From positions 230,364 to 278,024 of the forward strand of contig WELA01002985.1 of NCBI GenBank assembly GCA_009602735.1: a DNA stretch of 47,661 nucleotides, read 5' to 3'. A program made the position numbers and the translations under genes. Shown here piece by piece: positions 1 to 11,364 of this stretch. Source of the DNA: Mesotaenium endlicherianum. Lineage: Eukaryota. Each line of letters starts with the position of its first letter. Position 1 is the stretch's first letter. Below the pieces are notes generated by a model. The model was given only the letters and a program-made list of their open reading frames with translations. It did no database searches and was not told the origin of the DNA.

Positions 1-620
1 GGGGGTTTTGGGGGTTCATGGGCGGGTCCAGGGCCTGGGCCCCACAGAGTGGGGGTTGAGGCTGGGAGAGTGGAGTGTCAGAAGCCTTTGCATGGGAGAG
101 GCGGTAGAGGGCACGCTGGCTTTCTCGACGGGCCCGGTCTGCTGGAGAGGCTCCAGCTGCTGTGCTGCGAAGAGAAGGATGCGGGCAACAGCTGTCATTC
201 CGCCCGTGTGTCGTGACCTCATGAGGGCGCATGTGGAAGAGCACACAATGCAGAGGAAGAATCGCGGATCCTTCTGTTGCTGCTCCTCGGATGGGGATGT
301 TGGGAGGGAGGGCCAAGGGGGTAGGGGGGGCGAAAGAGGGGGATGGGGGGAAGGGGGGGGATTGAGGGGACCTCTGTGCTTGGGTGCTTGCCAGCTGTTG
401 TGTCGGCTGGTTGGGCAGCTGTCATTGCATCGAACGACCTTATCTGGGCGCGGCTTGCATTGACACGTGGCCTCCCAGGGGGTGGCCCATGCGAGCGCGC
501 CTAGAAGGGATGTGTGTCGTGATCTGTTGCTCTATAACAGTGCTGTCACACCTGTCGTGCTGAACTGTCAGTGGCCACGTCTTGGACTGTTCCTTTCCCT
601 TTTGCTGGCTTGGGTTGCAG

Positions 621-3023
621 AGAAGCTGCTAGTGATACTGCGGGATGGGCGCAAGATCGTGGGCATCCTGCGCTCCTTTGACCAGTTTGGTACGGCTCCT
701 TCTTCCTCCTCCAATTTCCAGCTGCCTCGAAATCCCCCCCCCCCCCCCCCCCCNNNNNNNNNNNNNNNNNNNNNNCCCCCCCCCCCCCTTCAAAACCCAC
801 ACACACTCGCCCTTGCCCCTTCAACTCCCCTCTCAGTTGGTGCACAAACTTAGATCGAGCCTGCACTTCCTGCACCTCCAGTTTTTCCCATGTCCTTGGT
901 GTGGTAAAGAACTATGCGTGAGGCCAGCAGCCATCGAGGAAGGGCATCCACACCAGCTTGTGCCATCCTCTGGGTTCATGAGGACCAGGTCAGGGCCACG
1001 CAATATTGTGGCCTCTATGCCCCTTCCCCTTCGTTCTCCTCTTCCTCTTCTTTCTCTTCTACTTGTTTATCTGTTCCTGTTCTTGTTCTTCTTGTTTCTC
1101 TTCTTCTTCGTCACCAGTACCATCTTCAAGTGCATGTGTGCTCCTTCTCAGGCTCCCCATGGTCGCTCTCTTGGTGACTTCGTTGTTTTTGCCTGCCACG
1201 CTAGTTTGAGTCATCGTTCTGCCAACCGTCAACGCCTAGCAGCTTAGGGGCATAGCCGGGAGCAGTGGAGTGTCATACCTTCAGCTCTTCTTTAATGAAG
1301 AACTGGGGATTTACGCAGTGTGTACGCAGCGGGGTCTTGCTGCAACTCTCCCTTTCAGTACTCTGCTGCCGCCTTATCTTGCACACACACGTCAGCTTTG
1401 GTCGTCGTTCCGTCGACACAGGCAGAGGTTGAGGCTGAGGCTGCACCCAGAGTGAGGGCACGCCTGTGAGGGCAGGAAGGCGACAATCACAAGGGGCTCT
1501 TACTGGTGAGTCGAGGGTGGCAGTGCCCTTGGCAGCACTGCGAGAACCTCACAGCCTGGGAGCTCTCTCAAGTTTCATCCGCTTGTGGGGCTGGAAAAAG
1601 GGGGGGGGNNNNNNNNNNNNNNNNNNNNNNNNNNNNNNGGGGGGGGGGGGGTATCATGTGTGGCCTCTCTTAGCCTCTTGGCATCTTGTGATGTGGTGTG
1701 TTGTAGGCAGCAAGCACGCCGCCAAAGTAGTAGCAACCAGGCAGCCAACACTGCGGGCCTCCACCAGAGCCAAGCAGCCAGCCCATGAGGCCACGAGCCC
1801 GTGAGCACATGGAAACCGAATGTCTAGTGCTCATTCCTGGCTTCCCAAAGAGCGGGAGAAGCTGGACAAGGTGCGGCGAGGCTAGGCTCAGGCAGCATGC
1901 CCTGCAACGCCTCTGCCCTGGTATGCTGCGGCTCTGATGGTAGGCGTGCCGTGGTCCTAGCACGCTCTCTCTGTTGTTGATCGTGCGCGCGCCTATGGGG
2001 GGGCGTGGGAGGTGTGCAGCCAATGTGGTGCTAGAGGGGGCGGTGGAGCGCATTATCGTGGGCGAGCAGTACTGCGACCTGCCGCTGGGCCTCTACATCA
2101 TCCGCGGCGAGAACCTCGTCCTCATTGGAGCCCTTGTACGTTGCTTGCCCCCCCTTGCCCTTGCCTTTGCCACACACCCTTCGGCCCCCCTCTTCCCCCT
2201 CCCCTCCCCCCACCTTCTCCTTGGCTCCCGCTCTCTCCTTCCCTCATTGCCCTTGCCACCTCTCCTTTCTGAGAGCGTGCGCCGCATCCTGCCTCTCTGG
2301 GTGCTGCCGGTCCTGCAGTCTTGGTGTGCCTTCCTTGACTTCTTTCTCTGCATCAGGCACACAATCCGCTTCAAGCTTTTGGCCCTGTGTGCGTGGCCTG
2401 CCCTGCGGGTCTTTTGCTCTCGCTCGCAGTCTGGTCGGTTGCCTGCAGCGGGGCCTTGGTCTGCTTGGCAAGCGGCACCATATGCCCCTGCTAGCACCAG
2501 CTGCCGCTTGCCGGAGGTTGGTATATTGCGACTGTGAGCCCTTGTATCCCCTCTCAGCCTCAGCTCTGCTGTGCAATGGGTGGTTTGATGTGAGCGGGGA
2601 AGCAGGATCCCACGGCGCAGGAGCTGCCGCCCAACATGGTGCAGGTCTCCGCCTCCGCCATCCGGAAGGTGGGGCAGGCCTCCAAGCCCCCCAGTCTCCC
2701 CCTGCTCCCTTCGTTTGTCGACACACTTGCTGTCATTTCGCAGTCAAATTTGGGATTGTTCCGAAAGTGGCTACTGTTTGCACGCTGCTGCTTTTGGGGA
2801 CCTCACGTCTGCCTTGGCCTATTGTTGTAATTCTTCAATTCACGTGTTTGTGTACGAGTGTGTTTGTCTCTTTCTTTCTGTGTGTGTGTGTGTGTGTCTG
2901 TCTCTTCTCATTCCCAATGCCTCTGGCTACGTTGAGGGGGTGCAGGCACAGAAGGAGGAGAAGGAGGCGTCAGAGCTGAAGGACACCATGCGCAAGCGCA
3001 TGGAGTTCCTCGACCTCGAATGA
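621..3023 (+). CDS. LSM1: Sm-like protein LSM1 (5'-partial; first exon lies upstream of the window)
   Basis: GT-AG exons 621-689, 2020-2135, 2606-2668 and 2946-3023 join in frame to give ..KKLLVILRDGRKIVGILRSFDQFANVVLEGAVERIIVGEQYCDLPLGLYIIRGENLVLIGALDPTAQELPPNMVQVSASAIRKAQKEEKEASELKDTMRKRMEFLDLE*. This has Sm1/Sm2 motifs and the plant LSM1 C-terminal MRKRMEFLD. Confidence 0.95.
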
Positions 3024-4217
3024 GAAAGTAGGGCGTCGACGCGCGGTACCGGGCACGCCTGGCGCGGGGACTGGACTGCTGGTGTTGCCTGGCTGATCTT
3101 ATGATGTGGCGCAGCTGTCTGGTTTCTAAACTTGAGGACACGTGTGTCGGTGCGTCAGAGGTTTATAGGTGTGGGCGTGTATCGAGGGGGGAATGAGCAA
3201 GAGTCTGGTGGATATTTAGAGAGTGAAATAGACATATATTGGGTGACATCACAGTGGGAGGCTGGGGAAGGAACTGTGGTCCTAGTCTTTTTATTCGGGA
3301 TGGAGGAGGGGGAGTCAAGTGTGTCGTGCTGATTTGACCTCGAGAATCTGTTTTGGCAGCTGAATGATGACGAGAGTGGAGTCATTAGTGGCTAGTGTAG
3401 ACTTTGATAGGCTCTTTCAGACTGGACGGGTGCGATTGTTATAAATTAGGCCCCAGTAGGGAAGAGAGTGGCAGTTTTTCAGCACTTGCTATTCAGGCGA
3501 TTTTTTGAGCCTGGGTAGCCCGCACTTTTTAACGCGGAATGTGCAAAACTGTGAATACTGCAACTCTTTGGCACGTTGTGATGCGGGCCCTCATGGGGCT
3601 GACCTTAGGGGTAGCTCGTATCACTTGCGTGTTTGGAAGCTGGAATGTGGGGGGGGAGGGCAAATTTTGCAATTTAATATTTGACCGGAGCTCTGCGGAC
3701 AGCTGATATGTTGGGCTCACAGACCCCTGTGTCAACTTGACATTGAGAAGTGCATTCCTTTTTCCCCTATCCTCCCTGTGAACATGAATGAAGCTTTGAG
3801 AAGCACACCTTGTATCTCTTCCTTCTTTTGCAAGAATGTTGCTCTTAAATTGCAACTTGCAAGAATGAAATTCTCCCAACAACGTAATGCCTGCATAAAT
3901 ACCAATTTCAATATATATCTTGGTACATAAGCATGCTTATTGAGAATAAAGCACATTGTTCTACAACATTCACCAAAAAATAAATGGATTGTCATGTAGA
4001 GCTCACTTACGAAGTATACACGTAGCACGATATAAACATGGGTGGTAGCTGATAATTATAACAATTGAATTGATTACGTAAATAAGCATGTGCACTTATA
4101 GACATCCTAGATTCATTCTAAATAACTCAAAAGCTTATCCCACTACGTGGGAGAGGGGCTGTGCATGTACATCATACAAGCTTCACCCTTTGCACGATTT
4201 AAAGCAAAGTTGCTCCG

Positions 4218-4743
4218 GGTAGTGAAACAGATGAATCAAGTACTTAGGGCAGTACAGGGATGGGTGACCGTCCCAATTTCTAATTGCCCCCAGGAAACGC
4301 TGGGAAATGGAGAAGACGAAAATATAATGTTTTATATATTCAAAACAAGGATCTTTGAAAGCAAGTGGTAGCTTTTCGAGAGAGAGATGGTTTCTTTAAA
4401 GAGTTATTTTCATGGGCTTTGGCAAGTACGAGTTGATTCTAGAATGCCTCCATGTTCTCGCGCTTGTTTGTATACTTGCTACACAAGTAATTTGTACGAA
4501 GATGCGTGTCGTTGTGTCTACAAGCCGCCACCTTCTACTAAAATAATATAGTCACTTTGACCTAAAAGTGGCATACCTGACTTTTGCCACATGGAGTTCT
4601 TCTAGGCATTCAAAAATGCCGGAGGAGATTCAAGGGACATGAAATATCTACTCACACTTGAATTCACACAATAGAACTTCATAAACATATAAAGACATTA
4701 CAATGTGAATACCAACTAATACATTCTAATCTATATCGCTACA
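4218..4743 (-). mobile_element. Degenerate solo LTR of the same family as the adjacent chromovirus
   Basis: Colinear similarity to LTR 5188-5690 (gtagtgaaacagat..., acaaggatctttgaa..caagtggtagctt, gacttttgccacatggagttcttctagg, ...ctaca end). Termini are GGTAGTG...CTACA, flanked by CTCCG (4213-4217) and CTCCA (4744-4748), a near-perfect 5-bp TSD. Confidence 0.85.
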
Positions 4744-5187
4744 CTCCATATGCACAAAAGAAACCTAAAACAATCTACAAAGAAATCGGCACAATGGTAG
4801 AAAGTAGAAGAGTTCAAGCACAAAAGTAATTTTTGAGGGTCCTCTATCATATCTGACCAATCAAAAGTTACCGTGAAACTAGTCTAGTGATGTGCGCGGC
4901 GCGGATTGACATGGTATGCTCAACCACTCATTAAGGATTGGTTGGGATGTGCTCTCGAAGCGCCCCCAAACAACCTAAAATATTGGTTTCTTGGAGTCTC
5001 AATTCTAGGTTTATAAACCCACAATCTACAAGCCGGAGGGTAAAAGTTGGTCAATTTAGTATTAGAACCATGTGGGGACATTCGTAGAATACTAAAGGAA
5101 CCATTCAATGGTTATTGAATTCACGTAGTGAAAGTGAATCATATATCAATTAGCACTTTCAAATCACCTGTTTTTTTGTACCTCTTC

Positions 5188-5690
5188 TGTAGTGAAACAG
5201 ATAGATAAAGTACTTAGTAAAACAGAATACTTTATCTATTCAAGACAAGGATCTTTGAACACAAGTGGTAGCTTCTTGAAAAAGAGATGGCTTCTTGAAA
5301 GTTAATATATTTCTGGATTTTGGCAAGTACAAGAGTGATTCTCCCATGTCTTTCTATGTTCTAGCTCTTGTTTATATACTTGCTACATAAGTAATTTCTA
5401 GGAAGGTGTATGTTGATGTGTTGGCACCCAACACATCCCAAAACTTGCCACCTCTTTCTAGAATAATGTACACATGTCCTTTTGACCTAAAAATGGCACA
5501 TTTGACTTTTGCCACATGGAGTTCTTCTAGGTCTTTCCTCTAACTTCGAAAATGCCTTGGAAGGTTCAAAGGACATGAACCAAGTTACTAGAGTACCTAT
5601 TCACACTTGACTCCACACAATACTACTCCAAATATATTTGAAAACATTAAAATATATGCAAACTAATATATAATAACTCAAATCACTACA
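5188..5690 (-). repeat. 3' LTR (503 bp)
   Basis: TGTAGTG...CACTACA; direct repeat of 11365-11867 with about 6 substitutions by eye. Confidence 0.97.
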
Positions 5691-5701
5691 TCACCCCCCC
5701 G
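5691..5701 (-). other. Short polypurine tract (plus-strand primer site)
   Basis: The minus strand reads CGGGGGGGTGA immediately before the 3' LTR. Confidence 0.65.
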
Positions 5702-5727
5702 ATAGAAAAAGCGACGTCTCGGCGCGT

Positions 5728-5851
5728 CAAGTCAGGTCTTACACATGTGGAGCAAACTAGTCAACAGTTTCAAGTCAGATGCCACACATGTGAAGAGGAC
5801 TAGTCAAAGGCGCCAAGTCAGGTGCTACACATGTAAGGTAGACTAGGCAAG
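5728..5851. repeat. About 3 x 43-bp degenerate tandem repeat in the retroelement 3' non-coding region
   Basis: CAAGTCAG..ACACATGT....ACTAG units start at 5728, 5771 and 5814. Confidence 0.8.
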
Positions 5852-6459
5852 GTCGTAGGTGGTGTGACCTTATTGGCTAGCCTACTCCTTAATGATAAAG
5901 AAAATTGTACAAGTTGGCCCAGAATCTGCCACGAACTCAAAAATTCATAGCGGCCACAGAACTGCTCCAAATCTGAAAATTCGAGTGCCAGACGGACCGC
6001 GTCGGAGAACTCTACCGGGTCACCAAATTTGAGAGCATTCTCATTTCTGGAGTGTCGTTGAGAGCTGAGAGAGTAGGCACTCCTCCAAATCTGTGCAGAA
6101 ACTTCTGAAAATCATAAGTCCTTCTATACTTCTCCAAATTCTGCAAACTAAGTCTCAAACTGGGCGCTGTAAGATGTTCTACCAGAGTCTTGAGTTTCAG
6201 AGCATTCCAAGTTCAGGGGAGGGCACAATGTCAGAAGGCATATTCTGCCCTAACAATGCCAGCAGCCTGACCCCCTTCTACTTAGAGCATCATATCTCTC
6301 TCACCAGTGCTCCAAATTGAGCAAACTTGGACTCTAAATGACCGGCTACTCATGGACTACAGCCAGGTAAATTTTCAGAATTTATTATGCAGAGACCTAT
6401 CACCAGTAGCAGTTTTAGTTTTCTGTCCAGAAACTGCGAGAAGAGAAGAGTGTCTAATG

Positions 6460-9400
6460 TCAATTTTTCCTCTTTCTTGTTCTTGCAGGCTGCCTCCAAG
6501 GGGTCTTCTGCTGCTTCTTGATGGTGGCAGGCTGCCTCCCTGAAGTCTTCGGGCTTCTAGTAGAGAGACTTGGGGCTGGTCCAAGATGGGGGTTGGCGGC
6601 ATGGAAGCGCTTCAACTTTCTCTGAACTTTGTCAAGGTAGTGCGCCGCCACCCAACTATTCTCCGAATCTGGATATCCTTTCCACTTGATCAAGTATTGC
6701 TGCTGTCTCCTGAAATTTCTCATAGCCACTATGTCTTCCACTTCGTACTCCAAATGATCATCCACTATTGTTGGGGCTGGTGGGGTTGTCACACGTCCTG
6801 GGAACTTGTTGTCGGGTTGCACATATGGCTTGAAGAGGGAAGCGTGGAATACGGGGTCGATGTGCATAGTCTGGGGAAGTTCTAGCTTGAAAGCAACGGG
6901 GTTGACTTGCTGGATAATCTTGAAGGGTCCCAAATACTTGGGAGAGAACTTGCTGCCGGCAGGCCTGTTGTTCAGGGAAATGTTCTTGGATGATAGTAAC
7001 ACGTTGTCACCCACTCTGTACGTAATTTCTCTTCTGGATCTGTTCGCCACTCTTGCTTGAGCATCTTGCGCGTGTTGTAGAGCTTTCTTCGCTGCTGTAA
7101 GGGCTGCTTCTAATGTCTCCATAAAATCTGTGGCTGCAGGTACTTCATCATGGCCAGCCGTGAAGCTCAGTGGCGTGGTCGGATGGAAGCCATAGTTGAG
7201 GAAGAATGGGGACTCTTGGGTAGAGGCCTGCGTAGTGTTGTTGTAGGCAAACTCGAGGGGGGTCAAGTACATGTCCCAGTCTTGCTCGAGGGTAGACACG
7301 TAGGCCTTTAGAGAGGTCTTTAGGGTACGATTCATACGCTCGGTTTGCCCATCTGATTGTGGGTGGTAGGCAGTAGACATATCCAGCGATGTACCCAAGT
7401 TCTTGAAGAGATTTTTCCAGAAATGGCTTGTGAATCTTGGATCTCTATCTGACACAATTCTTGATGGTAGTCCATGGAGTCGGAAGATGTTGTCAAAGAT
7501 GAGTCTTGCAAGTTGTGGTGCTGTAGCCTTAGTCGTCGTGGGAATAAAATGAGCCATCTTGGTAAGTCTGTCCACCGCCGTGAGTATTGCATTATGGCCT
7601 CGAGGTGTCACGGGCAAGTCCACGATAAGGTCCATTGAGATGTCCGTCCATTGTCTTTCGGGGATTGGTAGTGGTTGGAGGAGTCCTCCCGCCTTTTGCG
7701 ATGATGGCTTGATTCTTTGGCATGTGTCACAGCTCCTGCAGTACTCCTTGACTTGCTTAGACATGCCTGGCCAACAATAAGTCCTAGCTAGAACGCCCGT
7801 GGTCCTTAGGATTCCAAAGTGTCCTCCAAGAGGGTTGTCGTGTGCTTCTCGTAGAAGCAAGAGCCGGAGGTCTAAGTCATTAGGAACACATCTCTGGCCC
7901 GTATCTTGCCTCACCCAATAATTGCCTTCTTGCTTCTTGCATGGGTCCAAGGCTGCTTCTCCGTTCTTGTAGTAAGGGTCTCTTTCATAGGCGGCTGAAA
8001 ATCGAGCTTCCAGATCTGTCTTCAGGGATACCATCACTGCATTTAATTGCAGTCTTGAGAGGGGGTCAGCCGGGTTTGTCTTGCCGGGCTGGTACTGAAT
8101 CGTGATGTTGTATTGTTGCAAGTATCCGCTCCATCTTGCTTGTCTCCTTGAGAGATACGGCTGCGTTTGGAGGTGCTTTAACGCCTCGTGGTCCGTGGTG
8201 ACCAGTACTTTGCGTCCTTCAACGTAGCAGCGCCAAACCTTCAAGGCATGTACAATCGCCAATGCCTCTCGCTCCGTGGTTGTATAATTTTGCTCGGCTG
8301 GATTTAGCTTCCTTGACTCGTAGGCGATGGGCTGCAGTCCCTTGCCTTGGTCTTGAAGCAGGATTGCTCCTATTGCATAGGAAGATGCATCGGTGATGAC
8401 GTGGAAGGGCCAATCTGGGTTTGGACTTGGGAGTGTGAGCACCGGGGATGTGGTCAATCTTCGCTTTAACTCTTGAAATGCCTCTTCCTCTTTCTCGGTC
8501 CATGTATATAGCCTGTCCTTCTTGAGTAGATCTGTCAGGGGGGCTGCTATGTGCGAGAAGCCTTGGATGAATTTTCTGTACCAATTGGCAAATCCCAAGA
8601 ATGACTGGAGTTCTTTCTTGGTCGTGGGGGTTGGCCATTCCTCCACCACCGTGGTCTTCTTGGGGTCTATCTTGATGCCATCAGCAGTCACGTGGAGACC
8701 TAGGAACTCCACTTCTTGTTTGGCAAACTCGCATTTTGACTCCTTCGCAAACAGCTTGTTTTGCTTCAATACTTCAAGGACTTCTTTCAAGTGTCTCGCA
8801 TGCTCTTCAAGGGTCTTGCTGTAGATAAGGATGTCATCGATGAATACCACCACAAATCTGTCCAACATGGGCTGAAATATGGTGTTCATCATAGTCATGA
8901 AAGTTGCTGGCGCGTTGGTGAGTCCAAATGGCAGGACCATGAACTCAAAATGTCCATATCTTGTCCTGAATGCCGTCTTCTCTATGTCCGGTTCTGCGAT
9001 GCGAATCTGGTGGTAGCCGCTCCGTAAGTCAATCTTCGTGAAGTACTTGGCTCCAACCAGCCGGTCCATGAGCTCATCCATGCGCGGCAGCGGGTATCGA
9101 TTCTTGATGGTGATCTTGTTGAGGGCGCGATAGTCCACACACATCCTCAAGGTACCATCTTTCTTCTTGACAAATAGCACCGGGGCTCCAAATGGCGACT
9201 TGCTAGGTCGAATGAAGCCATGCTCCAGTAGCTCCTTGATTTGCTTCTTGACTTCGTCTAGCTCCGTGTATGACATTTTGAACGTAGGCCGAGAGATGGG
9301 CTTGCTTCCGGGCTCCAACTCTATCTTGTGGTCTACGAATCTTTTGGGGGGTAGGCCCTTGGGCAATTCCGGGGAGAACACTTCTTTGTAGTCCTCTAAG

Positions 9401-10125
9401 ACTTCTTGTATCTCCTTGGGAACGGGGCTGCCTTCTTGACTCTCGATGTCTTTCTTGATGTCTTTTGGCGTGATCAAGGCCAAAAGAAGCTCGTGTCCCT
9501 TCCTCACAAGTCTCTTGAGTTGGAGGGCGGACAATAGTATCTCGTGTGCCGGCTTCTGGATGTCTTGGGTCTGGATATTCTGGATTGCGCGCAAAATACA
9601 GATTCTTGAAGTGATGTCATTCTTGATCTTGATAGTACCGGTCCTCCAATCAACTTGGGGGTTGTGCTTGGTCAACCAAGGCGTCCCTAGGATGACGTCG
9701 TACTTGCCCAATTGCATGGGGGAGAACACTACTCTATCCTTGAAGGACTTGATAGAGAGTGCCAAGGGGTACGTCTTCTTGGAAGGGGTAGTATAGGAGA
9801 ATCCATCGGGCATCATAATCTCCTCGTCGTGGTCAAGAGTTCGCATAGTAATACCGTGCTTGGTGGCAAAATCTGCAGCAATGAAGTTGCCTTGAGCTCC
9901 GCTATCCACCAAGATGTGGACCTTCTCTCCTCCAAGGTAACCTCTCAAACTCATTGGGGCTGGAACGTCGTCTTCAACGGGGGTCTCCACCTCACTTGGC
10001 GTGTTGCCTTCTCGTGAAGTGGGTCTTGGGGTGGTAGGCTCCTGGCCTACCGGCGCTGTCCGTTTTTTGACAACTTTTTGGGGCATGAAAGTGCACGATG
10101 GCCCTTTTCCTTGCAATAAAAGCAT
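6460..10125 (-). CDS. pol: Pol polyprotein (aspartic protease, reverse transcriptase, RNase H, integrase, chromodomain), probably expressed as Gag-Pol by -1 frameshift near 10062-10068
   Basis: Uninterrupted 1221-aa ORF with LVDSGA (PR), [12 protein letters not shown] and FIDDILIYS (RT), [10 protein letters not shown] (RH), H..GGH...C..C and [14 protein letters not shown] (IN), and YEVEDIV...[15 protein letters not shown] (chromodomain). Confidence 0.97.
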   Translation of the reverse strand: MLLLQGKGPSCTFMPQKVVKKRTAPVGQEPTTPRPTSREGNTPSEVETPVEDDVPAPMSLRGYLGGEKVHILVDSGAQGNFIAADFATKHGITMRTLDHDEEIMMPDGFSYTTPSKKTYPLALSIKSFKDRVVFSPMQLGKYDVILGTPWLTKHNPQVDWRTGTIKIKNDITSRICILRAIQNIQTQDIQKPAHEILLSALQLKRLVRKGHELLLALITPKDIKKDIESQEGSPVPKEIQEVLEDYKEVFSPELPKGLPPKRFVDHKIELEPGSKPISRPTFKMSYTELDEVKKQIKELLEHGFIRPSKSPFGAPVLFVKKKDGTLRMCVDYRALNKITIKNRYPLPRMDELMDRLVGAKYFTKIDLRSGYHQIRIAEPDIEKTAFRTRYGHFEFMVLPFGLTNAPATFMTMMNTIFQPMLDRFVVVFIDDILIYSKTLEEHARHLKEVLEVLKQNKLFAKESKCEFAKQEVEFLGLHVTADGIKIDPKKTTVVEEWPTPTTKKELQSFLGFANWYRKFIQGFSHIAAPLTDLLKKDRLYTWTEKEEEAFQELKRRLTTSPVLTLPSPNPDWPFHVITDASSYAIGAILLQDQGKGLQPIAYESRKLNPAEQNYTTTEREALAIVHALKVWRCYVEGRKVLVTTDHEALKHLQTQPYLSRRQARWSGYLQQYNITIQYQPGKTNPADPLSRLQLNAVMVSLKTDLEARFSAAYERDPYYKNGEAALDPCKKQEGNYWVRQDTGQRCVPNDLDLRLLLLREAHDNPLGGHFGILRTTGVLARTYCWPGMSKQVKEYCRSCDTCQRIKPSSQKAGGLLQPLPIPERQWTDISMDLIVDLPVTPRGHNAILTAVDRLTKMAHFIPTTTKATAPQLARLIFDNIFRLHGLPSRIVSDRDPRFTSHFWKNLFKNLGTSLDMSTAYHPQSDGQTERMNRTLKTSLKAYVSTLEQDWDMYLTPLEFAYNNTTQASTQESPFFLNYGFHPTTPLSFTAGHDEVPAATDFMETLEAALTAAKKALQHAQDAQARVANRSRREITYRVGDNVLLSSKNISLNNRPAGSKFSPKYLGPFKIIQQVNPVAFKLELPQTMHIDPVFHASLFKPYVQPDNKFPGRVTTPPAPTIVDDHLEYEVEDIVAMRNFRRQQQYLIKWKGYPDSENSWVAAHYLDKVQRKLKRFHAANPHLGPAPSLSTRSPKTSGRQPATIKKQQKTPWRQPARTRKRKN
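10033..10068 (-). promoter_or_regulatory. Predicted -1 programmed ribosomal frameshift signal
   Basis: Slippery A_AAA_AAC in the gag frame (10068-10062), followed 10 nt later by the perfect hairpin GGTAGGC-CAGGA-GCCTACC (10051-10033). pol is in the -1 frame. Confidence 0.8.
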
Positions 10126-11327
10126 AGTCCAGCCGTCATGAGAGCTTCTTTTTCAGCCGGGGAGAGTCTTGCTTTCACTCCTTGCTGGTTTCTTGCATCA
10201 TAAGTGTCATTGGAGGGTCTTCCACTCTTCCGGGCAGCCGCGGGGTCCCTTTTAATAACTCCGATTTCCATGGGTGTGGGTCCAGATTCGGATGTGGAAG
10301 GGGCTGCGTACACCCGCGTCGTCGGTACCCGTGAAGATGAAGGCACGGAGTGCTTGAAATCCAAGGTATCCACCTTTTGGGCCACTTCAATGATCTTTGA
10401 GAAGTCCGTCAAGTCGCGTAACTCCACTTCCTTTGCCACCTTGGGTTTGAGGCCAAAGATGTAGCGGTCAATCTTCTCCTCGAGAGACATGTTGGGGATC
10501 TCAAGAGTGAGGGCGTGAAATCTGGATGTATACTCTTGAACGGACGTCGTTTGCTTGAGATGGTGGAGCTTTCCTCGGGCAATCTTCTCCGCATTGATGG
10601 GCATGAATTGCTTCTTGAGGGCCTCACGAAAATCTGCCCATCTTGCATATGATGGTGGGGGCTCTTGGCCGAGCATGGGGTGCGCCATAGCTTGATATAT
10701 AGCCGCTTGATAGTTACGCCACCATGATGTTGCTGCTCCTCTAAGTAAGGTAACGGCAAAGGGAACGTAGTCCTCCTCGGGTACTTCAAGGAATGCGAGG
10801 TACGTCTCCACTTGGTAGAGCCATAAATTCAGGTTGGCACCTTTCCCGGGGTTGAAAGTGTCGGGTTTGCCGGGCTTGATGAGTTTCCTTGCTCTCGTTG
10901 GCTCTTGTGGAGGCGCTTGAGCCGGGGCTGGATTTTGAGCATTGCTCGCAATAGGGGCAACCATGGCAGCCATAGCTTCTCTTGACGCTTGCACGGTTGC
11001 TTCATAGGTGGCCAAGCCCACTTGGTTGTGGACGGTCATTAGGAAGGCTGCCCACTCATTTGCGGGAACTCCTTGTGGTGGGGTCAACTTTGCTATAGCG
11101 GCTGCCACGGGATTTGACGGTGCTCCTCCTTGTGGTGCTTCTTGTTGTTGCAGATTTCCTTGAGTAGGCTCTCCCATCGACGCTGGAGGAGGGTGTGCTC
11201 CTCCTTGTGGTGCTTCTTGTTGTTGCAGATTTTCTTGAGTGGGCTCTCCCATCGGCGCTGGAGGAGGGTGTCTTGGAGAGGAAGGGCTTCCTTCGAAAGC
11301 TTGCTGTTGGTCTTGAGGATCGGCCAT
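10047..11327 (-). CDS. gag: Gag (Ty3-type capsid + CCHC zinc knuckle)
   Basis: 426-aa ORF starting just after the PBS, with capsid motifs [10 protein letters not shown] and [14 protein letters not shown] and the knuckle [14 protein letters not shown]. Confidence 0.95.
   Translation of the reverse strand: MADPQDQQQAFEGSPSSPRHPPPAPMGEPTQENLQQQEAPQGGAHPPPASMGEPTQGNLQQQEAPQGGAPSNPVAAAIAKLTPPQGVPANEWAAFLMTVHNQVGLATYEATVQASREAMAAMVAPIASNAQNPAPAQAPPQEPTRARKLIKPGKPDTFNPGKGANLNLWLYQVETYLAFLEVPEEDYVPFAVTLLRGAATSWWRNYQAAIYQAMAHPMLGQEPPPSYARWADFREALKKQFMPINAEKIARGKLHHLKQTTSVQEYTSRFHALTLEIPNMSLEEKIDRYIFGLKPKVAKEVELRDLTDFSKIIEVAQKVDTLDFKHSVPSSSRVPTTRVYAAPSTSESGPTPMEIGVIKRDPAAARKSGRPSNDTYDARNQQGVKARLSPAEKEALMTAGLCFYCKEKGHRALSCPKKLSKNGQRR
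11120..11271. repeat. 2 x 75-bp in-frame tandem repeat in the gag N-terminus
   Basis: HPPPA(P/S)MGEPTQ(E/G)[12 protein letters not shown] occurs twice; the DNA units start at 11120 and 11195. Confidence 0.9.
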
Positions 11328-11351
11328 CTTCTTGTGCTACCAAAGTGCCTA

Positions 11352-11363
11352 GCTCCGATACCA
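11352..11363 (-). other. Primer-binding site complementary to the 3' end of initiator tRNA-Met
   Basis: The minus strand reads TGGTATCGGAGC 1 nt after the 5' LTR (canonical plant form TGGTATCAGAGC). Confidence 0.9.
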
Positions 11364-11364
11364 C

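Noticed and set aside
8..620. ORFs at the window start (e.g. 8-463)
   Set aside because: G-rich sequence upstream of the first visible LSM1 acceptor, most simply intron 1; no recognisable motifs.
4246..4257. 12-mer AGGGCAGTACAG shared with 42605-42616
   Set aside because: Dozens of chance 12-mer matches are expected in 47 kb, and the match does not extend.
5068..5082. CCATGTGGGGACATT resembles a stretch of plant 7SL/SRP RNA as I recall it
   Set aside because: The flanks do not continue the similarity, and no SRP helix-8 motif or poly-T terminator at the right distance was seen.
5728..5851. Periodic repeats as a possible CRISPR-like array
   Set aside because: The units are contiguous degenerate tandem copies without unique spacers, in a eukaryotic retroelement context with no cas genes.
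6586..10464. Plus-strand and alternate-frame ORFs over gag/pol
   Set aside because: Short shadows of the retroelement coding strand with no independent motifs.
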